A DNA stretch of 64,000 nucleotides. Source: an uncultured Candidatus Saccharibacteria bacterium. GTDB lineage: Bacteria; Patescibacteriota; Saccharimonadia; Saccharimonadales; Saccharimonadaceae. The DNA lies in NCBI GenBank assembly GCA_964625885.1, contig CAZVBM010000002.1:7537-71536 (forward strand), in the 5' to 3' direction. Both the position numbers and the translations under genes were made by a program. This document shows, in pieces, positions 55,122-62,306 of the stretch. Numbering within the stretch: position 1 is the first letter of the stretch; every line of letters begins with the position of its first letter. The notes under the pieces were generated by a model that ran no database searches, was not told the origin of the DNA, and saw nothing but the letters and a program-made list of their open reading frames with translations.

Positions 55122-56567
55122 GTGAGAAAGAAATTAGAACTCTTTAAACAAAGATTAGGCAGGCTAGTCAAAAACGACAAGACTCCCTACTTATTTATCC
55201 TTCTCAGTGGCGTGATTTTTCTAGCCCTGGCTTATATCTTTCAAGAAAATGGCATCGGTCTAACTAGTAGACAAGCCTACTTAAAAAACTCCGCCTATAA
55301 CGGCGTCAGCAGCAACTTTGTAACCGAACAAAAATGGCACCTTAAATCACAACGCGAATATCCAATTACTTCAAACAATGATGTCAACCAAAAACTGGCT
55401 CAAAAAATTAATAATTTCCATCAGGAGTATTTGAATCGTCTTAAAAACAAAACTCACAAATTGAGCTACGAAGAAAACACTAGCTTTAGCGTCACCTACA
55501 ATCGCAACCAACTGCTATCAATATCAATTAATTCCGTACAAGATTCAGACAATAAGACCGTCACTATGTTGACTGATTCGGAAACCTTTGACCTAACCAC
55601 CGGAAAGCCAATCGGCCTAGCCGACATATTTATCAACACTGATTGCTTACACTCCAGAGCTCTACCAGATCTACGCCAGCTGGTTGTCAAGGAAATTCAG
55701 CAAGCGAAGCCAGATTTTGATTCTAATAAGTTAAGCCAGACACTAACGGTAGAATTAGCTAATAATTTTCTAGTTCATCAAGATGGTAGTTTTCAATTTG
55801 AGTTTACGCCAGAAAAGCTTGGCGCCGATTTCAATGGCAGAATAGTCGTAAACTTGCCGGCAACCCGCTACTTATCAAGCATAAAACCAGATCTAGCCAA
55901 GAGGTTATTTGACCAAGCGGTCATCGACCTCAACTCACCCGAGAGTCCGCAAAACCGATCGGGATTTTGCAGCAAGAACCCATGCGTCGCCCTGACTTTC
56001 GACGACGGACCGAGCGACCAAACTCCCCAAATTCTAGATATTCTGCAAAAATACAATGTCAAAGCTACTTTCTTTGTTTTGGGTAAAAAAGCTCACGATC
56101 ACCCTGACATTATTAAGCGACAAATTGATGAGGGACATCAAGTAGGCTATCACGGCTGGAACCACACCGCCTTTAACCGATTGAGGCCTGAGCAAATCCA
56201 TGACGAACTCAATCGCACCGACGAGATTTTTCGAGCTAATAATTACATCTCAAGAGTAGCTCGACCACCTTATGGAACATTAAATCAAAAATCCATTGAT
56301 GTTTTACGCGATCGCAATCAAGATATTATCCTATGGTCGGTTGACCCGCGCGACTGGGATGTCAAGGACGCCGAGCAAATCTACAACCGCGTCATAACCG
56401 CCAGCCACAACGGCGCCATTATTTTACTCCACGATATTTACCCCAGCACCGCTGATGCAGTCGAGCCAATTATTAATTATTTTCAAAACAACGGCTTTTA
56501 CTTAGTAACCGCCAATACACTACTTGGCGACGTGCCACCATCTGGCAGTATTTATCGCCGACGCTAG
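55122..56567 (+). CDS. Membrane-anchored polysaccharide/peptidoglycan deacetylase (NodB domain) with an N-terminal DUF3298/RsiV-like region
   Basis: TM helix (YLFILLSGVIFLALAYIF). NodB motifs TFDDGP, HGWNH and LLHD. Only a GTG start is available. Confidence 0.82.
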   Translation: MRKKLELFKQRLGRLVKNDKTPYLFILLSGVIFLALAYIFQENGIGLTSRQAYLKNSAYNGVSSNFVTEQKWHLKSQREYPITSNNDVNQKLAQKINNFHQEYLNRLKNKTHKLSYEENTSFSVTYNRNQLLSISINSVQDSDNKTVTMLTDSETFDLTTGKPIGLADIFINTDCLHSRALPDLRQLVVKEIQQAKPDFDSNKLSQTLTVELANNFLVHQDGSFQFEFTPEKLGADFNGRIVVNLPATRYLSSIKPDLAKRLFDQAVIDLNSPESPQNRSGFCSKNPCVALTFDDGPSDQTPQILDILQKYNVKATFFVLGKKAHDHPDIIKRQIDEGHQVGYHGWNHTAFNRLRPEQIHDELNRTDEIFRANNYISRVARPPYGTLNQKSIDVLRDRNQDIILWSVDPRDWDVKDAEQIYNRVITASHNGAIILLHDIYPSTADAVEPIINYFQNNGFYLVTANTLLGDVPPSGSIYRRR

Positions 56568-56589
56568 TTCTATGATAAAATTAGAAAAT

Positions 56590-56665
56590 CGGGATGTGGC
56601 GCAGTTGGTAGCGCGCACGGCTGGGGGCCGTGAGGTCGCCTGTTCAAGTCAGGTCATCCCGACCA
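56590..56665 (+). tRNA. tRNA-Pro (anticodon GGG), CCA encoded
   Basis: Hand-folded: acceptor CGGGATG/CATCCCG, anticodon loop CTGGGGG, T-arm GCCTG-TTCAAGT-CAGGT. Confidence 0.88.
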
Positions 56666-56747
56666 TCCTCCTTCGCTGTCTTCTGGACAGCTACGGAGGA
56701 TGCAGTCCGTAGCCTTTGGCGAAGGAGTGCATTTTATCAACACGCAT

Positions 56748-56824
56748 CGGGGCGTGGCGCAGCTTGGTAGCGCGCACCGTTCGGGACGGTGAGGTCGCCT
56801 GTTCAAATCAGGTCGCCCCGACCA
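56748..56824 (+). tRNA. tRNA-Pro (anticodon CGG), CCA encoded
   Basis: Hand-folded: acceptor CGGGGCG/CGCCCCG, anticodon loop TTCGGGA, T-arm GCCTG-TTCAAAT-CAGGT. Confidence 0.9.
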
Positions 56825-57282
56825 TAAAAATTGACTCACCTTTTGGTGGGTCAATTTTTATCTGTTGCGCGCAACATGTTTGACTGGCGACCTTTTGCGT
56901 AGCAAAAATTGGTCGCCTGTCGTGGAGTGAACGAAGCGAAGAAAAGCGCGTAGCATTTTTCTGAGCGAGTGAACGGAGGAGCGAAACGAAGTGGAGCGAT
57001 AATCAGGCCTGATACTATCGTAATATTGGTGGCTGATTTTATTTGGCCACGGAGTGGTGAGTTGAACAGGCGTGCCTGTTCGCGAATGAACTCAGCCTAC
57101 ATACGATCATGTGACCGGTTTAATAATTACTTTGAAGGGAATCTCGCAGTTACGACGGAGAGCTTAGCGCAGACGGCCCTGTAACGACAGGCGCCGTCAA
57201 GTGTCCCTGAAAAGTAATTATTAAATATCAGGTCGTATTAGAAATAGACAAGCAGGGTGGACGAAGCCCATAATCAGGCCCT
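56825..57282 (+). repeat. Three tandem tRNA-Pro(CGG)-matched units. The middle one carries the type-2 structured insert.
   Basis: Partial T-loop/T-stem 3' copies lie at 57001-57009 (aatcaggcc), 57225-57235 (atatcaggtcg) and 57270-57281 (ataatcaggccc). T-stem 5' copies are ggtcgcctgt (56911-20) and gcctgttcg (57074-82). Confidence 0.8.
57117..57235 (+). ncRNA. Candidate structured element (type-2 insert), copy 1. Strand and RNA status unproven.
   Basis: A 21-bp closing helix (ttaataattactttgaaggga / tccctgaaaagtaattattaa, with 2 mismatches) encloses a core that is about 85% identical to 61247-61310. Confidence 0.5.
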
Positions 57283-58756
57283 AAAACAACTTCTCACCGT
57301 AAATTTCATTTTCTAACTCATCATGATCATGACACCAAACCTGCGCAATAAACTGACTTTTCTTAGCTAATTTATCATTGTTCCACGGTGGCAAGAAACA
57401 TTCCGGACACCAATGCCCAGTTTTTAAGACTAAATACGGACTGGCCTCAAATTCGTGACCTTCGGAACAAACCCATTTCAATTTAGTTTGCAAATCGCCC
57501 TTTTTCATTTTATTAGACAAACAGTCGCCACCACGAAACTGAGCGGCTCGCTTCATATCAGCCAAATCTAACTGGTCTAACGGTTTTGTTTCATCATAAC
57601 CATGGTCTAATTTTGAATGCGCTTCATCGTGCACTAAACTAAAACCATCCCAGCCACCAGGAATCGCCTGCCATTTTTCAACCGAGCCAAAGAAAGCCTT
57701 AAATTTAGCCACTTCACCATGTTTTAGCCAATAGAGTGGCGCATTGGGCCGGTTGGCACGCGGTAACATAAAGAATCGCTTTACCAAACTAGCTGGGATA
57801 TATTTCAGTAATTTTAATTTGAGCGGTAGATCTCGTTTAATCTCTGCCAAAACATCATCAACCGTTTCGGTTCGAAAGTCTAAATAATTATTTAAATCAT
57901 CGGAATCCAAATACCACATGCCATGAAAATTACGCAGCGCATACCAATTTGGCTGTTCTAATGATTTAAGATCCACCCCTAACATACGATAAAACTTGTC
58001 TAAAAATTCAAAGGCCGTCAAGCGATTGGCCGCGCCACCACCAATATTATAGACTCGGCTCCAGAATCCACTAGGTAGCTCTTTGGTGCAGAGATTGTAT
58101 AGCAGCCGACCAGAATCACGCGCCGTAATCCACTCCAAGCTATTGTTGAGTGGCTGATGATAACTAATACCATCGTCCACCGCAAAAATATCTTTGTGTA
58201 TAATGCCCGTCTGACGGAGCGACACCCACTGCTTTATACCAGATTCAATCACATAACGTTCAGCTGCCACTTTGGAAATGGAATAATAGTCAAAAGCACT
58301 CGGTAGTAGTGGATCGCCGACTCGCCCCCAGTGGACTGGAATTGGCCGATTGCCATACTGACCAATACTACCAATGTAAACAAATTTAGTTGTTTCACCC
58401 TGCCCAAGTTCTATCACCGCATCGACTAAGTTTTTTGTGCCACCAAAATTAATTCGCCAGGCTAGTTTTGGACGCGTATCGGCCATCGGCGAGACCAACG
58501 CCGCAATATGCAAAACAATATCTATCCCAGATACAGCCTTTTTAACATCGTCATAATTGGTTAAATCACCCCAAACAATTTTAATATCTAGATTATCTTG
58601 ATAGGGCGCCAAGACCTTCTTGTCTGACTCACTTGGCAAAGAGAATATTACCAAATCAAATTGGTCAGTCTTTTCAGCCAATTGACGCAAAGCCTCACGC
58701 CCCATATTGCCAGTCGCGCCGGTTAAAAGAACCTTGGTTTTTTTAGCTTGACTCAT
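57281..58756 (-). CDS. NAD-dependent epimerase/dehydratase (extended SDR) with a C-terminal Cys-rich, zinc-ribbon-like domain
   Basis: Rossmann motif LLTGATGNMG and catalytic YSISK (YxxxK). C-terminal WVCSEGHEFE...GHWCPEC. Confidence 0.75.
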   Translation of the reverse strand: MSQAKKTKVLLTGATGNMGREALRQLAEKTDQFDLVIFSLPSESDKKVLAPYQDNLDIKIVWGDLTNYDDVKKAVSGIDIVLHIAALVSPMADTRPKLAWRINFGGTKNLVDAVIELGQGETTKFVYIGSIGQYGNRPIPVHWGRVGDPLLPSAFDYYSISKVAAERYVIESGIKQWVSLRQTGIIHKDIFAVDDGISYHQPLNNSLEWITARDSGRLLYNLCTKELPSGFWSRVYNIGGGAANRLTAFEFLDKFYRMLGVDLKSLEQPNWYALRNFHGMWYLDSDDLNNYLDFRTETVDDVLAEIKRDLPLKLKLLKYIPASLVKRFFMLPRANRPNAPLYWLKHGEVAKFKAFFGSVEKWQAIPGGWDGFSLVHDEAHSKLDHGYDETKPLDQLDLADMKRAAQFRGGDCLSNKMKKGDLQTKLKWVCSEGHEFEASPYLVLKTGHWCPECFLPPWNNDKLAKKSQFIAQVWCHDHDELENEIYGEKLF

Positions 58757-58831
58757 TACACTTAATTGTACATCAAAATTTTAACCCAAAGAAAAATCGG
58801 GCTTAACGCCCGATTTGGAGAAATAATTTGC

Positions 58832-59110
58832 TTAAATGGCAAGTTCTAAATCCGAAATGTACGCACCAATTTCGGCAGACTGCTTTTCAAGACTTTCTAG
58901 CTCACTCTCGACGTTGTCGGTAGAGCGACCATCATTCTGCAACTCGGCAAGCAACTCGCACTGCTTGACGTACCTGTTGTGGACGCACTCCAGTGCCTCA
59001 TTAGCTTCCCTTAGTTTGCGATCCCTAAACTCGACAGCCTCATGGTCCAAGCCACGAGAGAGGTAATCGGCTATCATGGTTAACGCTCTTGTGTCTATAT
59101 CATATTTCAT
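58832..59110 (-). CDS. Small hypothetical helical protein (92 aa)
   Basis: SD GGAGGG, its own TATAAT and its own terminator (58793-58818). Heptad-like charged sequence. Confidence 0.55.
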   Translation of the reverse strand: MKYDIDTRALTMIADYLSRGLDHEAVEFRDRKLREANEALECVHNRYVKQCELLAELQNDGRSTDNVESELESLEKQSAEIGAYISDLELAI

Positions 59111-59205
59111 AACATAGCCCTCCTTTTTGTACTAGCACCCTTACGAGCGCCTCATCCTACAATTATAGCATAAAAATGTATAAATATCAAATAAAAGCCG
59201 GGTTT

Positions 59206-59448
59206 TTACCCGGCATTGAGCATTTCGCCAAAAGTTTCTAGCTCGGCAATAAAATGAGAAATAGTTTCAATTTTAGCCTCAATACTCTTACGATCTTTTG
59301 CTGAAGCGGTTTCATATTGTTCGTCTAGTTTTTTTAACTCAGCTCGACTCTCGCCAAGGACCCGATTCATCAAATCTCGTGCCTTGTCCCGCTCATCCAA
59401 AAGAAACAGTTTGTTTAGTTCGATCCTAACGTCATCACGATACAGCAA
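59206..59448 (-). CDS. Small hypothetical helical protein (80 aa, TTG start). Possible paralogue of the 58832 ORF.
   Basis: SD GGAGGGA before the TTG. It shares the leader motif ggtgctagtaYaa with the neighbouring small gene. Its own terminator (aaagccgggtttttacccggc) overlaps the 3' end. Confidence 0.5.
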   Translation of the reverse strand: MLYRDDVRIELNKLFLLDERDKARDLMNRVLGESRAELKKLDEQYETASAKDRKSIEAKIETISHFIAELETFGEMLNAG

Positions 59449-59533
59449 TCAAACTCCCTCCTTCGCTTATACTAGCACCAAAAAGCGCCACAACCATCAT
59501 ACAGTCATAGCGCTTTTATATCAAGCAGGCTAT

Positions 59534-61045
59534 TTATTTGGCGTATTCTTCGGCGCGAGTTTCGCGCACGACATTAACCTTAATCACACCCGGATATTGC
59601 ATAGTGCTTTCGATTTTTATAGCAATATCGCGCGCCAATTTAATAGCTGACAAATCATCGACTTTTTCCGGTTTAACAATCACACGTAGCTCGCGACCGG
59701 CTGAGATCGCATAAGACTTCTCAACACCAGGAAAGGCGTTGGCAACATTTTCCAAGTCGCGCATGCGCTCCACAAAGTTTTCACTTGAAATGTTGCGTGC
59801 GCCTGGCCGAGCGGCTGAAACCGCATCAACTACACGTACCACCAGAGCTTCTGTTGTAGTAGCTTCGATATCCTCGTGGTGCGCTTCCATGGCGTGCGCT
59901 ATCTCTTTTGACATGCCATATTTACGAGCTAATTCAGCGCCAATTACATGGTGCTTGCCTTCAATCTTATGCGTCACCGCCTTGCCAATATCGTGGAATA
60001 GGGCGGCTGTCTTGGTGATTTTGACATCAGCACCAATTTCCTCAGCAATTTGCCCGGCTAATTGGGCCATTTCAATTGAGTGCTTCAAAACGTTTTGGCC
60101 ATAAGACGTACGATATTTTAATTCACCGAGCAGGTGCAGCATCTCGCGCGGCATGCCAATCAATCCAACCTCACGCGCTGCGTCTTCACCAGCCCTCACA
60201 ATTTCTTTATCAATTTCTTTTTCAGCTTTAACAACTACTTCTTCAATGCGAGAGGGGTTAATGCGCCCATCTTTCATCAAGAGCTCAAGCGCTAGACGAG
60301 CTACTTGGCGACGCACTGGATCAAACGAGCTCAACACTACCATGCCAGGGGTTTCGTCGATTAAAATGTCAACACCGGTGGCGCGTTGCAAGGTCTGGAT
60401 GTTTCGCCCCTCCTTACCAATAATTCGCCCTTTCATTTCATCATCCGGCAACTCTACTGACGTTACTGTGTGTTCAGAAGTGACTTCTGAGCTCATGCGC
60501 TCCATAGCGCCTAATAAAATCATCTGAGCACTCTCTTCGGCCGCCTCAGTCGCTTCGTTCTTTAATTTACTAATCAAACCAGTCAAGTCGTCTTTGACGT
60601 TCTTTTCAGTCATGTCAAGCAGCTTTTGACGTGCCTCGTCCTTAGTCAATTTAGCAATTTTCTCCAATTTTTCTTCTTGCTTTTGGCGAATATCTAAAAC
60701 CGCATTCTTTAGATCTTCCAACTCTTGTGTCTGTTGGCGCAAAGAATCCATCTTTTCATCGGCCTGCTCGTTCTTTTTATCAAGTAGAGCCTCACGCTCA
60801 GTTAGGCGACTTTCGACGCGGTCCAGTTCTTTGCGACGACTAGCCTCATCACGCTTAGCCTGTTCTAAAACCTTATCGGCGTTACTTTGAGCTTCTTTGG
60901 CTAATTTGCGCGCCTTATCTTCGGCTTCTTTTACTAAATCGTCAGCCTTTTGCTGGTGTTTTTTCGCCTTGGTCGTCAAGACACCATAAGCCGCGCCACC
61001 ACCAATAGCTAGGCCAGCTAGCGAGGCAATCACTATTTCTATCAT
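59534..61045 (-). CDS. rny: Ribonuclease Y
   Basis: N-terminal TM, long coiled coil, KH domain (IGKEGRNIQ) and HD domain (LFHDIGKA). Confidence 0.95.
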   Translation of the reverse strand: MIEIVIASLAGLAIGGGAAYGVLTTKAKKHQQKADDLVKEAEDKARKLAKEAQSNADKVLEQAKRDEASRRKELDRVESRLTEREALLDKKNEQADEKMDSLRQQTQELEDLKNAVLDIRQKQEEKLEKIAKLTKDEARQKLLDMTEKNVKDDLTGLISKLKNEATEAAEESAQMILLGAMERMSSEVTSEHTVTSVELPDDEMKGRIIGKEGRNIQTLQRATGVDILIDETPGMVVLSSFDPVRRQVARLALELLMKDGRINPSRIEEVVVKAEKEIDKEIVRAGEDAAREVGLIGMPREMLHLLGELKYRTSYGQNVLKHSIEMAQLAGQIAEEIGADVKITKTAALFHDIGKAVTHKIEGKHHVIGAELARKYGMSKEIAHAMEAHHEDIEATTTEALVVRVVDAVSAARPGARNISSENFVERMRDLENVANAFPGVEKSYAISAGRELRVIVKPEKVDDLSAIKLARDIAIKIESTMQYPGVIKVNVVRETRAEEYAK

Positions 61046-61220
61046 AAAACCCTTTCATCTGGGCGATCGTTTTCATCGCCTGTAAAAATATTCTTAAATC
61101 CGCGTCTTCGTCAAAAAATGGTCACTAAACGCTAATTAGATTGTAGCACAAAGCCATTTAGCGCGCGACTAATTATTAAAACCGACAACTAGTTTGCGTC
61201 ATTGTCCTTTATTCCGTACG

Positions 61221-61335
61221 GCCAGTTCAACAACTCACCAGCAGACAATCTCGCAGTTACGACGAGAGTTTAGCGCGAGCAGCCCTGTGACGACAGGCGC
61301 TGCCGACGCGTGTCTGATGGGGAGTTGTTGAACAT
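61221..61335 (+). ncRNA. Candidate structured element (type-2 insert), copy 2, embedded in an orphan tRNA-Pro-like T-arm. Strand unproven.
   Basis: ggccagttcaa | insert | catcaggcc. The closing helix gttcaacaactcaccagcagac / gtctgatggggagttgttgaac is unrelated in sequence to that of copy 1, while the core is conserved. Confidence 0.5.
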
Positions 61336-61490
61336 CAGGCCGTGGGTTAGCCTGGATTGGGGCTTTCAACCGACCAGCTCTCCAGAGACGTTTGACCACG
61401 CCCGTCGTTACGGGGTGGTCTGCACTTCGCTGTCGGTCGTAACCGCCAGAGCCTCTGTCGAGCTGGTTGGTTTACGCCCACTAGGTGACA

Positions 61491-61865
61491 CTATTTACGT
61501 GGTTGGGTGATTACCGCGTCCTGATAATAAATCGGCGTGATTACTTGTGGTGTTGCCTGCTTTTTCAGCAACTCATCACCATCAGCGCGCCAATTTTCGC
61601 CACCGGAACCAACAATTGGAATTTGCAAGCTATCAGCCAAAGTATTCGCCACCGTAATACCGATGCGAAGTGATGTATAGCTACCAGGCCCACGAAACAC
61701 CACAATACCATCAAGATCTGACCACCCCCTACCCTCGCCCCCTAACGACTGTTGTAAAAATTGCAACATATTTTTAGAAAGCTCACGACCAAACTGTTGC
61801 TCGAATAATTTATCGTCGAGCCACAAGCGACACCAGTCATCGGCGGTTTGTAGATATAATTTCAC
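61491..61865 (-). CDS. tsaB: tRNA t6A biosynthesis protein TsaB, N-terminal-domain-only short form
   Basis: GPGSYTSLRIGITVANTLA motif. 124 aa, versus roughly 230 aa for the usual protein (from memory). Overlaps the tsaE stop. Confidence 0.75.
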   Translation of the reverse strand: MKLYLQTADDWCRLWLDDKLFEQQFGRELSKNMLQFLQQSLGGEGRGWSDLDGIVVFRGPGSYTSLRIGITVANTLADSLQIPIVGSGGENWRADGDELLKKQATPQVITPIYYQDAVITQPRK

Positions 61866-62284
61866 GCTTTTAGTTCCCCTAGCGTTACCTTGCGGCCATC
61901 TACGGTGTAGTCAATCATCAGGCGGTAGCGATTTAAGGGCAAGACCGCGCCGATCGTCTCGCCCCACTCCACTACCACCGAAGTTAGATTATCATTCAAG
62001 TCTTCAGCCAATTCCTGATTCATCACACCGCCCTCATTTAGACGATAAAAGTCAAAATGCGACAACATCTTGCCGTCATCTAGACGATACTGATTATTAA
62101 TCGTAAAACTCGGACTAGTGACTTCGTCGATTGAGCCCAGCCCCTTAGCCAAACCTTTTACAAAAGTTGTCTTACCAGCACCAACATCGCCGACTAGTTC
62201 TAAACAAAATGGCCAAGTTAGTTCCCTAGCCAAGCGCTCACCTAGCGCCACCATCTCCGCATCGCTTTTGACTTCAAATTCCAT
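61862..62284 (-). CDS. tsaE: tRNA t6A biosynthesis ATPase TsaE
   Basis: P-loop GDVGAGKTTFVKG, SPSFT and YHFDFYRL-like (SHFDFYRL) motifs. Confidence 0.9.
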   Translation of the reverse strand: MEFEVKSDAEMVALGERLARELTWPFCLELVGDVGAGKTTFVKGLAKGLGSIDEVTSPSFTINNQYRLDDGKMLSHFDFYRLNEGGVMNQELAEDLNDNLTSVVVEWGETIGAVLPLNRYRLMIDYTVDGRKVTLGELKA

Positions 62285-62306
62285 ATTACCTTAATTATAC
62301 ATGATT

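Noticed and set aside
57195-57215. Hammerhead-like CUGAUGA/GAAA motif in the type-2 element (gtctgatgggg in copy 2, ccctgaaaag in copy 1)
   Set aside because: The candidate motif is not conserved between the two copies. It falls in the variable closing helix, not in the conserved core.
61200-61500. RNase P RNA, tmRNA, SRP RNA or 6S RNA in the GC-rich tsaB-rny gap
   Set aside because: I saw none of the remembered hallmarks on either strand: GAGGAAAGUCC (P4), GGAA-GGAAGCAGCC (SRP domain IV) or a tRNA-like tmRNA 5'/3' pairing. This is a rejection from memory only, and an Rfam scan is still warranted.
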